Assembly (NCBI GenBank): GCA_028713935.1 | Contig: JAQTNI010000010.1 | Location: 1,171 to 33,170 of the forward strand | DNA: 32,000 nucleotides | DNA from: Candidatus Iainarchaeum sp. | GTDB lineage: Archaea; Iainarchaeota; Iainarchaeia; Iainarchaeales; GCA-2688035 | Direction: 5' to 3' | In this document: one piece after another, positions 1 to 8,745 of the stretch | Numbering within the stretch: position 1 is the first letter of the stretch | How the letters are laid out: every line of letters starts with the position of its first letter | Translations under genes and position numbers: made by a program | Notes under the pieces: generated by a model | What the model was told of the DNA's origin: nothing | Databases searched by the model: none | What the model saw: the letters and a program-made list of their open reading frames with translations, nothing else

Positions 1-2484
1 TTGTCCGTCGCCATCTAAATCTGCAACTGTTGTTTGGCGCGAGGTTTTTTGTTCATTAAATAGTACTTGACCATTATCATCAAACAAAATGCCGTCCGCA
101 AACAATTCGTTTTGTCCATCTTGATCGACATTGACAAAGAATAGCGATTCTGCCCTGTCAACGAAACTTGTGTTGCTACCGGAAATGTCGAGGTTGTTTT
201 GTCCTTGATAGTCAAACAAAAAAGAGGCAAGGGCAAGTGTCTCAGGATACGGGGTGTCTATGTCGCCAGCAATATCCATTGTGGTAGTGCCCCGAAAGTT
301 CCCAATATTGATTGTTGTAAGAGCACTGTTATTGGGAGTTTGTATTGTTTTTGGCCATCCCGGTGCATAATTATCATTGTTAATAAAGGCATTTCCAATC
401 ACTAGATATTCCTCAAATGATTCTTCATTTTGCGGGGTAACCGTGACTCTATAGACTTCCCCGGTGCTTTCTGGATTGGCAAAGTCAATTGTCAGGGCAT
501 CGGCTTGTGGCTCGCCAGAAGAAAATTCCCTGAAATAAATTAATTCCCAAGCTAAGTCTTGTTCTTTGAAATCATATGATGAAAAAATAGCTCTGTCAAT
601 TTTCACCATTGATTGATTTGGGTTATATCCTACAGAATAGGTTAATGTAAAAGGCTCGCTTTCATAGAAATCAGTTGATAATTCAGCTTCTATAACAGGG
701 ACAATTCCGTGATACTGAACTGCCAGTAGACCATCTACCATTCCCACGCCCTCTTCTATGAACGGGTTATTGTAACTGACTGCAGTATGTTTCAAGAGGG
801 ATTTAATTTGGAGCGGAGACCAATCCGGGTGCTGTTGCTTTAATAATGCAGCTATGCCAGCCACATGAGGCGAGGCCATTGATGTCCCCGATATTCCTAC
901 ATGGCTTTCATCAAGGCAACGATAATCTGACCATGCATCATCAAATTCTGCAGCACAAATAACAGCCCCTGGGGCAGACAAATCCGGTTTTAACACGCCA
1001 TATTTCCCTGGGCCACGAGAACTAAAACCAGTAATTTTTCCCGTTGGAGGATTAATATCGCCCCAGTATAGTCCATCATAATTTTTTTTGAATCCGGCAC
1101 CAACACTAATTGCGTTCCTTGCTACGCTCGGTGAACAATTTGCCGAATGATGGGTTCCTTCCGGATAATTAATATTTCTACACACAACATTTCCGTAAGG
1201 CCCCGAATTGCCTGCAGATACTACGGCAATAATGCCATTCTCTACGGCATTGTCAACCGCCAAACTTAGTGGGTCATCTGCACCCCCAATTCCTCCCAAA
1301 CTAAGATTAATTACATCTAAAATATCATTTGGATCATCCTCTTCAGGATCAATTCCATAAATATATCCATCTCCATCCACATCAAATGAGCGGTCAACAG
1401 CCAGAATTATATTTTCCGTGTAGCCACTACCAGAAGAATTAAGAACTTTGTAGGCATAAATGTTAGCTTCTGGTGCGACTCCTTTCAGGATTCCGTTTCC
1501 GGCTGCAGTTGCAGCCACGTGGGTGCCATGCCCCATGTCATCTATTGGGTCAGCATCATTGTTTACAAAATCCCAACCCCCCAAGACCTTGCATCCCAAA
1601 CCAATGCAACCGCCTAAGTCCGGGTGGGTATAATCCACTCCCGTATCAATGATTCCAATGCGGATTCCTTTTCCAGTTAGGCACTGACGGTGAGGCAGAG
1701 ATTTTTCTGTTGTTGGGTTATCTCTTTGAATAGGTATTGGATTTTCCGCTTCCATCAAGCACAAGGAACCGTGCCTATTTAGTTTCCAAACATCGTTTGC
1801 ATTAATAAGGGGAACTGAGTCCATGAGCATTGCATAAACTGTCGCGTTTGGATATACCTCTACCCCCCCTGGCAATTGGTTGAGCAAGTTTTTTACTATT
1901 GCCTCTTTTGGAATAAACATAGTATTCAGCATATTTACTGTTTTGTGAACTTGGTTGCTTGAAACACCCAAGAGGGTAAGCAATCGTTCTTGTTCGGCTT
2001 TTATCTTATTTTTGTGGGCTTTAAGGGAGAAGGTTAAATTTTTTTCTAGTTCTTCGGCTTTTGAAATGTTTTCGACAATGCCTGTTTTTTTTAATCCCTC
2101 AATCTGCTGTTTCGTTTTTTGATTTTTTTCTAATATACTTTCGAATCCAAGCCTTTGGTCTATGAGAATTATTCCATTGTTTCCTTCGGATTGCAGGAAA
2201 TTATAAATAGAATCCTCGCTTCTCAAATTAATTGTTGGCGCAATATCAATTAAAGAATTTTGTTTTGGAATCAAGTTCTTTGGTTCTGTAGCAACAACAT
2301 CACTTGGTGTTTTTTGGGTTACCTCAAATACAGGAGCAGGATTTGTAGTTTGTGCCCCTTGAAAAGGCACAGTAAGAAGGACTGAACCAGAGTTCAGGTT
2401 CAATGCAGTTAAGGCAATTCCCGCAACAACAATAATGCCCACAATTAGAAAAACAGCAATTCCTGCCTGGGCATTTGAATTCAT
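1..2484 (-). CDS. Membrane-anchored subtilisin-like serine protease (peptidase S8); the 3' end runs off the left window edge
   Basis: Absent from the supplied ORF track because it is open to the window edge. Reverse-strand translation from ATG 2484-2482 stays open for all 828 codons down to position 1. The N-terminus [28 protein letters not shown] is a TM anchor. S8 triad motifs occur in canonical order: [17 protein letters not shown] (Asp), [14 protein letters not shown] (His), [23 protein letters not shown] (Ser). The C-terminal part carries Asp/Gly repeats ([25 protein letters not shown]). Confidence 0.85.
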   Translation of the reverse strand, partial: MNSNAQAGIAVFLIVGIIVVAGIALTALNLNSGSVLLTVPFQGAQTTNPAPVFEVTQKTPSDVVATEPKNLIPKQNSLIDIAPTINLRSEDSIYNFLQSEGNNGIILIDQRLGFESILEKNQKTKQQIEGLKKTGIVENISKAEELEKNLTFSLKAHKNKIKAEQERLLTLLGVSSNQVHKTVNMLNTMFIPKEAIVKNLLNQLPGGVEVYPNATVYAMLMDSVPLINANDVWKLNRHGSLCLMEAENPIPIQRDNPTTEKSLPHRQCLTGKGIRIGIIDTGVDYTHPDLGGCIGLGCKVLGGWDFVNNDADPIDDMGHGTHVAATAAGNGILKGVAPEANIYAYKVLNSSGSGYTENIILAVDRSFDVDGDGYIYGIDPEEDDPNDILDVINLSLGGIGGADDPLSLAVDNAVENGIIAVVSAGNSGPYGNVVCRNINYPEGTHHSANCSPSVARNAISVGAGFKKNYDGLYWGDINPPTGKITGFSSRGPGKYGVLKPDLSAPGAVICAAEFDDAWSDYRCLDESHVGISGTSMASPHVAGIAALLKQQHPDWSPLQIKSLLKHTAVSYNNPFIEEGVGMVDGLLAVQYHGIVPVIEAELSTDFYESEPFTLTYSVGYNPNQSMVKIDRAIFSSYDFKEQDLAWELIYFREFSSGEPQADALTIDFANPESTGEVYRVTVTPQNEESFEEYLVIGNAFINNDNYAPGWPKTIQTPNNSALTTINIGNFRGTTTMDIAGDIDTPYPETLALASFLFDYQGQNNLDISGSNTSFVDRAESLFFVNVDQDGQNELFADGILFDDNGQVLFNEQKTSRQTTVADLDGDGQ

Positions 2485-2506
2485 GAAAAAGAAAGGCACA
2501 AACTAC

Positions 2507-2515
2507 TATTTAAAT
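2507..2515 (-). promoter_or_regulatory. TATA-box-like element upstream of the subtilase start
   Basis: The reverse strand reads CATTTAAATA, about 23-31 nt upstream of ATG 2484. This fits an archaeal promoter with a very short or absent leader. Confidence 0.35.
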
Positions 2516-2517
2516 GT

Positions 2518-3258
2518 TCAGAGTATCATGTGCGCTAGCCTGAATTGCATGCTGCTTGGGCCTATTGAATAGGAAATTTTCATTGGAGAATCCGTTTTCA
2601 TTTCCAGAAAGAGCTTTTTGTCCGAGTCTGCTTCCTTTATTATGTTCTGCAAAAAATTCAGGGAGTATTTTGAAATTATTTCTGATTTTTCGGGTTTTTC
2701 AAGGTTTTTTATGGAAGTGACTTTTGCCTGCTTGAGAGAGGCTTTAACTGCACCCGAACTGCCCTGCGATTCAATTGAAAAACAGGAATTTTTTATTTTA
2801 AAAACAGCGCTGCTTCCGAAAAGAGCTGCGTCTTTTATTGCCTCTTTAAGTATGCGCGAATTGATTTCAACTTTTGCGTCAAATTTTGTTTCGGGAATGT
2901 TTATTTCCTCTTCATTGATGTCAATCAAAGGCAGGGAAAAATTTCTCGTGGTTTCTCCGTCAAAGGAAAGCAAAAGCTCTGATTCTGTAAGGTCCATTGA
3001 AAGCTTGTCTTCGGGCATTGCCCTTCCCATTATTTTGCCCAATTCAACCAAGTCAACGCCTACAAGGGTCGGTTCAATTGAATACTTGTCAAAAACTGTT
3101 TTTGGAAGGTCAAATTCCACAAAAACAACCTGGCTTGGGTCAATTGCCTTGAAAAAAATCCCTGAATCTGAAAAATGAATGTTTCCCTCTGAAATAAAGC
3201 TTGAAATCGAGTCAATTGCCTTTTTCCAGGGAACAGTGTTTTTCAGTTCAATTGCCAT
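2518..3258 (-). CDS. pcn: DNA polymerase sliding clamp PCNA, divergent paralog 1
   Basis: 246 aa, typical PCNA length. The layout is PCNA-like throughout (WKKAIDSISSFISEGNIHFSDSGIFFKAIDPSQVVFVEFDL ... SLPLIDINEEEINIPE ... KYSLNFLQNIIK). The C-terminus FRLAHMIL deviates from the usual LAPRIE-type tail. Confidence 0.8.
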   Translation of the reverse strand: MAIELKNTVPWKKAIDSISSFISEGNIHFSDSGIFFKAIDPSQVVFVEFDLPKTVFDKYSIEPTLVGVDLVELGKIMGRAMPEDKLSMDLTESELLLSFDGETTRNFSLPLIDINEEEINIPETKFDAKVEINSRILKEAIKDAALFGSSAVFKIKNSCFSIESQGSSGAVKASLKQAKVTSIKNLEKPEKSEIISKYSLNFLQNIIKEADSDKKLFLEMKTDSPMKISYSIGPSSMQFRLAHMIL

Positions 3259-3309
3259 TCGGATTGCCTCTTACCTAATTGGCGCATAAATATTATTTAA
3301 ACGTTTCCT

Positions 3310-4632
3310 GTGGCAAAAGTTTTAATGCAAAAAAACCAAAAAAAGAAAATAGTATTATTCATGCCCCGGCCTTCAGAACACGGCTATTATCTGGGCTTGC
3401 CGCTTGCATTGATGGAAATTTGCTCTCTTGTTGACAAAAAAAAGTTTTCAATAAAAATAATTTCAGCAAACCCAAATTCCGATTATGAAAAGGAAATCCG
3501 CAATGCAATTGACGAAAATACCCTTCTTTTTGGCGTAAGCTCAATGACAGGCTATCAGATAAAAAGCGCAATTGGGGCAATCAAAATTGCGCGCAAAAAA
3601 AATCCTTTTATTCCTGTTGTCTGGGGCGGATACCATTGCTCCTTATTGCCAGAAGAAACCCTGAAAAGCGAATTTGCTGACATTGTTGTTGTTGGGCAGG
3701 GCCAGAGGCCTTTTGCAGAGCTTGTGGAAGCGCTTTTGGAAAAAAAAAGCCTTGGCGCAATAAAGGGAATTGCCTATAAAAACAGGGGAAAAATAACAAT
3801 CAATCCATGCAGGGAGCCTGAAGATGTAAACAATTTTCCTGACATTGATTTTTCCCTTGTTGATGTTGAAAAGCATGTAATTCCTGTTGAAGGAAAAAGA
3901 TACATTAACCTTTGCACTTCTTATGGCTGCCCGCACAGGTGTTCTTTTTGCGTTGAGCCGGTGCTTTCAAAAAGAAAATGGTTCGGCCTGAAACCTGAAC
4001 GTGTCTTAAAACAAATGGAATTCCTTGCTGAAAAGCACAATATCGAGTTTTTTGGATTTAATGACAGCAATTTTTTTGTGGATAAGGAAAGAATAAAAAA
4101 AATTTGTGCCGGGCTTATAAAAAAAAAATTGAAAATCCAGTGGGGAGATGCAAATGGCAGGACAAAGCAATTGTTAATGTATGATGAAAAATTGTGGAGT
4201 TTGATGGAAAAAAGCGGCTGCAAAAGCATCCTCATTGGTGCGGAAGGCGGAAGCCAGGAAATACTGGATTTGATTGACAAGGACACTTCTCCGGAAGAAA
4301 CAGTGAAGCTTGCTGAAACAACGCGCAGGCACAATATTGACGTTGTTTTTTCTTTGATGGCGGGAATACCAAGATTTCCCGATTATCTTAACAAAAAAAA
4401 AGCCGATGAAGGCGTTAAAAAAGAAATTTTTGACATTATGAAAATGCTTGAAAAAAGCCTGCCAGAAAAAAAATACCATGCAATTCTCTTGTTTGTTTAC
4501 ACTCCTTATCCCGGCAATCCTTTGTTTGAAACAAGCAAAAAGCTTGGCTTTAAGGAGCCGAAAACTCTGGAAGAATGGGCTGATTTTGAAATTGTTGCAA
4601 ACAATGTTCCCTGGGTTTCAAAAAAAAAATAA
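3310..4632 (+). CDS. B12-binding-domain radical SAM protein
   Basis: Has an N-terminal Rossmann-like B12-binding region and a CxxxCxxC radical SAM cluster motif (CTSYGCPHRCSFCVEP). GTG at 3310 is the first start; ATG 3325 or 3361 are alternatives. The ORF ends at TAA 4630-4632 directly after an A-run. Confidence 0.8.
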   Translation: MAKVLMQKNQKKKIVLFMPRPSEHGYYLGLPLALMEICSLVDKKKFSIKIISANPNSDYEKEIRNAIDENTLLFGVSSMTGYQIKSAIGAIKIARKKNPFIPVVWGGYHCSLLPEETLKSEFADIVVVGQGQRPFAELVEALLEKKSLGAIKGIAYKNRGKITINPCREPEDVNNFPDIDFSLVDVEKHVIPVEGKRYINLCTSYGCPHRCSFCVEPVLSKRKWFGLKPERVLKQMEFLAEKHNIEFFGFNDSNFFVDKERIKKICAGLIKKKLKIQWGDANGRTKQLLMYDEKLWSLMEKSGCKSILIGAEGGSQEILDLIDKDTSPEETVKLAETTRRHNIDVVFSLMAGIPRFPDYLNKKKADEGVKKEIFDIMKMLEKSLPEKKYHAILLFVYTPYPGNPLFETSKKLGFKEPKTLEEWADFEIVANNVPWVSKKK

Positions 4633-4836
4633 GCAATTTCACAGCAATTAATGGATTTTGTTTTTCCCTATGCCTGCGATTATTAAAAAGAAAAGCACAT
4701 TGAAAAATTCGGTTTTGTGCAGAACGCCTTTCACAAAACGGCCTTATGGAGATGGAAACACAATTTTTTTGCCTTTCCAATTGAACATGAAATGCTAAGG
4801 CTTTTCAGGAAGGCAAGGGCAAAAGCGGAAAAATGA
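4633..4836 (+). pseudogene. In-frame 3' continuation of the radical SAM ORF, interrupted by TAA codons
   Basis: In the same frame as 3310..4632, the sequence after TAA 4630-4632 reads AISQQLMDFVFPYACDY. A second TAA follows at 4684-4686, then KEKHIEKFGFVQNAFHKTALWRWKHNFFAFPIEHEMLRLFRKARAKAEK and TGA 4834-4836. From memory, this text resembles C-terminal tails of this radical SAM subgroup. Confidence 0.35.
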
Positions 4837-4858
4837 AACTTTGAGAAATGAAATCGTG

Positions 4859-5074
4859 TCAAATCATTTTGAAGAATTCTTCTTTTTGCATTTTCAAGTC
4901 TTGCTTGATTATTTTTGTTAAAAGCTTGATTTTGATTTCTTTGTGCATTGGCACTAATGTTGTTCTTCCATCCGGATGTTCAAAGAAAACATGAGAGCCT
5001 TTTTGCCTTATTTCTTTGAATCCGAGTTTGTGCAAGGCATCGAGAACCTTGCGGAGCTTGACGGAATTAGGCAT
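4859..5074 (-). CDS. hicA: HicA-family toxin (mRNA interferase)
   Basis: From internal ATG 5074: MPNSVKLRKVLDALHKLGFKEIRQKGSHVFFEHPDGRTTLVPMHKEIKIKLLTKIIKQ. This matches the HicA/YcfA signature (LxKxGF..RQKGSH....H..G....VP.H). It overlaps the hicB stop by 8 nt. Confidence 0.8.
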   Translation of the reverse strand: MPNSVKLRKVLDALHKLGFKEIRQKGSHVFFEHPDGRTTLVPMHKEIKIKLLTKIIKQDLKMQKEEFFKMI

Positions 5075-5291
5075 ACACTGAAACCTTTTCAACGGAAACA
5101 AAACCTGTTTTTTGCTTGTTTTCCCTTTCCTCTTCAATTTCCAGGCATAATTCTATTGCTTCCTTAATATTTGCCAAAACTTCTTTTTTTGTCTTGCCCT
5201 GGGTATGGCAGGCATGCAAAGCTGGAACATCTGCAATAAACCAGCCATCCTCGTCTCTTTCAATAATAACATCAAAAGTCTTTGCTTTCAT
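5067..5291 (-). CDS. hicB: HicB-family antitoxin (UPF0150 fold)
   Basis: From ATG 5291: MKAKTFDVIIERDEDGWFIADVPALHACHTQGKTKKEVLANIKEAIELCLE. This is the typical HicB N-terminal domain. It lies immediately upstream of hicA and overlaps it. Confidence 0.8.
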   Translation of the reverse strand: MKAKTFDVIIERDEDGWFIADVPALHACHTQGKTKKEVLANIKEAIELCLEIEEERENKQKTGFVSVEKVSVYA

Positions 5292-5447
5292 ACAATCCAC
5301 CAATAAAATAATGCATCGATTCCAATAAAAAAGTTTTGAATCCCATCCAGGCAAACAGCAAAAATGCATCATCAAAGAATTGGAATAAAGGCAACTGGCA
5401 AACTGAGCCTGAAAAGACTTTTATATTCTTGTTGCGATTAGTTTGAT

Positions 5448-6041
5448 ATGTTCAAGCCGAATACTGAACAGAAAAAACTGATTCTGCAAATCGGGAAAGC
5501 CGCAAGGGAAGTTTGGAAATGGGAAAATTTGTGGGTTTTTATAGACTCTGAATCCCAAAGCGGGGCATTGCAACAATTCGGAGGTGAAGCACATATTGAC
5601 CCTGAAAAAGCAAGGTTGCATCCCTTGGGAAAAAAATTATTATATTTAAAGGATTTATTCAAAAAGCGCGCAAAGTTAGCATCTAGCAATTTTAAATCTT
5701 TAGCTGAAAATGCCAAAATGGCAGGAGTGCCTTTATCACTAATCGACAAAATTTTTGAAACAGTTGGCAACAAGAGTGCAATGCCAACCATGGAAAAATT
5801 GTTTTCTTTTGTAAGGAAAGTGGTTGAACAGCCTGAATTGTCAAGGGCTGCTGCAATCAAAGGGCTGCGTGATGCAATCAGGAATGCAGACCCGCGCTTT
5901 GTTTCACAAAGGGAAATCAACCTGCTGGCTGACAGCCTTGCAGCGCTTGAGAGCAAGCCTGTTAAATACACGCCTGCTCCGCATGTTGCAGAATATTTGG
6001 AATTGAGAAAAAGAGTGCAGCAGAAGCGCAGGCGGGTTTAA
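5448..6041 (+). CDS. Hypothetical basic helical protein (family member P1)
   Basis: 197-aa ORF with protein-like composition. The competing antisense ORF 5438..5971 is Ser/Leu/Ala-rich noise. No recognisable domain. It shares an LGK motif and a C-terminal TP....AE..EL.KRV-type helix with ORFs at 22455, 28957 and 29588. Confidence 0.5.
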   Translation: MFKPNTEQKKLILQIGKAAREVWKWENLWVFIDSESQSGALQQFGGEAHIDPEKARLHPLGKKLLYLKDLFKKRAKLASSNFKSLAENAKMAGVPLSLIDKIFETVGNKSAMPTMEKLFSFVRKVVEQPELSRAAAIKGLRDAIRNADPRFVSQREINLLADSLAALESKPVKYTPAPHVAEYLELRKRVQQKRRRV

Positions 6042-6784
6042 TCGCTTTCAATGCGTGGCGCCAAAAAGTAAGTGATTTTTGCTTCGCCTATGCTGTATTT
6101 TATTTGCACTGGCGCATTTGTCTTGAGCTTCAATTCTATTTCTGAGTCTGATGAAGGCGCTTTGAGCATGTCCTGCAAATAGTCAAGTGGAAACATGCTG
6201 CTTGTTTCTTTTGTTGTTTTTAATTCTACAAGATTTTTTCCGTCTTTTTTTGTTTTGTTGTACAAGTTGCCTTTGCTCGAATTTGCTTTTACATAAAAAT
6301 CTTCTTTTGTTGCGCCCAGGGAAACATGGGTGCTTATCAATGAGGCGTCTTTCAGGGCGTCTTGAATAATGCCTGCCTTGATTCTGATTTCAGTGTCAAA
6401 TTCTATTTTTGGGTTTGGAAGCTCTGCAGTTGAGATGTCAATCAGGGGTATTTCAAAGTGCCTTGTTGATGCGCCTTCAAAGGTTACATTTAACCTGCTT
6501 TTGTCTTCATCCAGTTCAAGCACAAGTGAATCGTTTGCTTTTGCCCTGTTCATTACCTGCCCGAAATAGGAAAGGTCTATCCCGATTTTTGTTTTTTCTT
6601 TTACATCATACTCCTTGAAGGCTTTTTTGTCAATTGCAAAGTCAACCATTGAAATCTGCGAAGGGTCTGTTGCCTTGAGGGAAAGCCTGTTTTCGTCAAG
6701 CAAAAATTCTGCTTCATCAATCAGCACAGAAATTGCGTCAATGCATTTCTGGAAATCAACTGCTTTTTCAAAAATTATTTTCAT
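6038..6784 (-). CDS. pcn: DNA polymerase sliding clamp PCNA, canonical paralog 2
   Basis: From ATG 6784: MKIIFEKAVDFQKCIDAISVLIDEAEFLLDENRLSLKATDPSQISMVDFAI ... FEIPLIDISTAELPNPK ... MFPLDYLQDMLK ... ITYFLAPRIESD. It has the canonical PCNA C-terminal LAPRIE tail. Confidence 0.88.
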   Translation of the reverse strand: MKIIFEKAVDFQKCIDAISVLIDEAEFLLDENRLSLKATDPSQISMVDFAIDKKAFKEYDVKEKTKIGIDLSYFGQVMNRAKANDSLVLELDEDKSRLNVTFEGASTRHFEIPLIDISTAELPNPKIEFDTEIRIKAGIIQDALKDASLISTHVSLGATKEDFYVKANSSKGNLYNKTKKDGKNLVELKTTKETSSMFPLDYLQDMLKAPSSDSEIELKLKTNAPVQIKYSIGEAKITYFLAPRIESD

Positions 6785-6896
6785 AATTATCACAATTAAT
6801 TTTAAGGGCAATTAAGCTGAACTGAGAATTAAAATTGGAAAATTATTAATAAACTATGTTTTGGATGGCTGCTGAAATGCCCCTTGCACTGAAAAT

Positions 6897-7760
6897 TCAG
6901 CATATTCCTTTGAAGTCTGGCGGGAGTTTTCCTTTTGCAATCAGGCTGAATAAATCGTCAAAGAGCCAGAGTTTTGCGCAGCCGATTGCGGGGATTTGCA
7001 GGGCTGAAATTCCCTGAAGAGAGGATATTTTTACTGGGTAGAGTGTTATGCAGGGTTTTTCTGTTTCAACATACACAGTGTTTCCGTTTGTGGTTGTTGA
7101 TACTTTTCCACAGTCCTGGTCAATTGTGGGGTTGTTCACTGAATCGCCTTTTGTAAGGATGTAGTCCCCGTCCTGAACATGAATTTTGGCTACTGCCCTG
7201 TGAATTATCGGGATTTGTGAAAGCTCCGAGAAATAAACAATAATGCTTCCTGTTTTTGTTATTTGTATTTCCTGGCCTGAACTGAACTTGATTTTATTCA
7301 GTATGAAGCCTGCTGTTGTTTCGCTTGTCTTTGAGTATTCCGGGACTGCAAATTCTGAAAAAGGAATGTTCTGCAGTGTTGGCAGGTTTAGGCTTGCTTC
7401 TTGCGCCTGTATGTTTTGCGTGTTTGCGCCGAACAAGGCAATTACATCTCCCCTGTGGTATACTGGCTCCATGCTTCCGCTTACAACAATCACCATTGGC
7501 GAGGAAGTTCCAAAAGCAATGCCCAGTCCCGTGTAAATCAGCCATGCAAAAACAAAGGCGGAAACAAGGTAAATTCCTGTGCTTATCCACTCGTTTTTTG
7601 AAGGATTGATTTTTGGCATGAGGAATAAATCCACATAGGTAAAGGGGTCTATCCATTTTAATTTTCCGTGGATTTTTTTAAGCGCGGAAACAATTCCCTT
7701 TTCTGGTTTTTCCTGTGCACCAGGGAAAGGCAGATTTTTTTTGTTGTTCTTGCTCACCAA
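6897..7760 (-). CDS. Signal peptidase I, archaeal/eukaryal Sec11-type (S26B), with a long C-terminal extension
   Basis: TM segment followed by VVSGSMEPVYHRGDVIALFG (catalytic Ser box) and IIHRAVAKI (His box). The start is TTG 7760 or the adjacent GTG. Confidence 0.8.
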   Translation of the reverse strand: MVSKNNKKNLPFPGAQEKPEKGIVSALKKIHGKLKWIDPFTYVDLFLMPKINPSKNEWISTGIYLVSAFVFAWLIYTGLGIAFGTSSPMVIVVSGSMEPVYHRGDVIALFGANTQNIQAQEASLNLPTLQNIPFSEFAVPEYSKTSETTAGFILNKIKFSSGQEIQITKTGSIIVYFSELSQIPIIHRAVAKIHVQDGDYILTKGDSVNNPTIDQDCGKVSTTTNGNTVYVETEKPCITLYPVKISSLQGISALQIPAIGCAKLWLFDDLFSLIAKGKLPPDFKGIC

Positions 7761-7799
7761 AAAAACCCCATAATAATAAGAAAATCCTGCCTTTTAACA

Positions 7800-8363
7800 C
7801 TATTTGGGCCTTGTGCTTTCCCCGATTGTAATGCCCGAAGCAATCAGGTGTGCCAGCCTCACTGGTTCTGGCAGGTTGCTGTGCAGAATTGTTTTTTGCA
7901 GGGCAGTTTTTGCTTCCTGTTCTGAGCATCCGTAAAACTGGAAAAAAAATTTTTTGAATTTGTGGATTTCGCCTGCCTCCTGCACAAGCAAAAAGCGTTT
8001 TTTGAAATTTGAAACTTTTTTAAGTGCAGAAATGAATTTTTCCATTTTTGGGTGGCTTCGGAAAACAAATATTACTGGAATTTTTGTTTCTTCAAAAATT
8101 TTTTTTACGGCTGGAATGTTGGAGGCTGCAAAATTTTTTCCGCTGAGCAACAGGAAAGAAACCTGCCCCGAGAATTTTGTTTTTTTTGCCATCCAAATTA
8201 TTTTTTTTGTCGAATCAAACCCGTCGACCCTGATTTTTGTGGAGAGAATCCCTTCCACTGTGTGGCCAAACCTGTAAACAACTCCAACAAGGATTGTCTG
8301 CGTTTTTGTCCTTGGCCTGAAAAAACCGTCATCAATTCCAAGTGCGCGCAGAAAAGGTTTCAT
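7800..8363 (-). CDS. DUF99/UPF0215 family protein
   Basis: From ATG 8363: MKPFLRALGIDDGFFRP...ILVGVVYRFGHTVEGILSTKIRVDGFDST ... LPEPVRLAHLIASGI. This is the typical DUF99 pattern, recalled from memory. Confidence 0.65.
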   Translation of the reverse strand: MKPFLRALGIDDGFFRPRTKTQTILVGVVYRFGHTVEGILSTKIRVDGFDSTKKIIWMAKKTKFSGQVSFLLLSGKNFAASNIPAVKKIFEETKIPVIFVFRSHPKMEKFISALKKVSNFKKRFLLVQEAGEIHKFKKFFFQFYGCSEQEAKTALQKTILHSNLPEPVRLAHLIASGITIGESTRPK

Positions 8364-8392
8364 TTGCAAAGGCCTTTGCAAAAAAAAGAGAA

Positions 8393-8671
8393 TTAGTCTT
8401 TTAATGCTTTTTTAAATGCCTCTTCCAGTTCTTCAAGGTTAGAGTCAATTGTTTTTATTGCATCCTGCAGTGCTTTTGCGGCTGTTTTGCCGTCTGTCTT
8501 TACAATGAATTTTGTGTCATTGTCCTGCGGATGGTTCAAAGTGCAGGCAACAAATTCAACCTTGGGATCATTGGCCAGGGCTTCCTTTAAAATGCCTGAA
8601 AAAGTATGCCTTTCCCCTTTTATCATGAATTCAAGGGAATCCTTTTTGTTTTCCAAAACCTCTATTTCCAA
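8393..8671 (-). CDS. rpoL: DNA-directed RNA polymerase subunit L (Rpo11)
   Basis: 92 aa: EIEVLENKKDSLEFMIKGERHTFSGILKEALANDPKVEFVACTLNHPQDNDTKFIVKTDG. This is the RpoL/Rpb11 signature. TTG start, preceded by a GGTG Shine-Dalgarno-like motif. The neighbour is csl4, a conserved archaeal pairing. Confidence 0.8.
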   Translation of the reverse strand: MEIEVLENKKDSLEFMIKGERHTFSGILKEALANDPKVEFVACTLNHPQDNDTKFIVKTDGKTAAKALQDAIKTIDSNLEELEEAFKKALKD

Positions 8672-8745
8672 AGCAACACCTCAAAAAAATTTATTCATAA
8701 AAATAAATTGTTTCCTTTTCTTGGACAACTTGTTTATCCCCAATT

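Noticed and set aside
15-405. Track ORFs 15..236 (-) and 199..405 (+) at the left edge
   Set aside because: Both lie inside the long open minus-strand subtilase frame (1..2484). They have odd composition and no motifs, so I treat them as spurious.
2618-3178. 186-aa + strand ORF antisense to PCNA paralog 1. Similar long antisense ORFs: 5438..5971 (-), 12668..13159 (-), 14669..15145 (+), 19204..19941 (+), 21983..22594 (-), 27724..28068 (-), 29938..30315 (-), 31378..31935 (-)
   Set aside because: All are Ser/Phe/Leu/Cys-rich mirror images of confidently assigned genes. The GAA/AAA/AAG-rich codon usage leaves the antisense strand poor in stops. None carries a family motif.
4630-4686. Genome-wide TAA (or TGA) stop-codon reassignment, to explain in-frame stops in the radical SAM gene and between the lonB N-half and the endonuclease
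   Set aside because: TAA, TGA and TAG each terminate well-defined genes at expected protein lengths in this window. Examples: TAA for hicB, PCNA2, rpoL and csl4; TGA for PCNA1, hicA and the signal peptidase; TAG for DUF99 and P7. Local nonsense mutation or read-through is more parsimonious.
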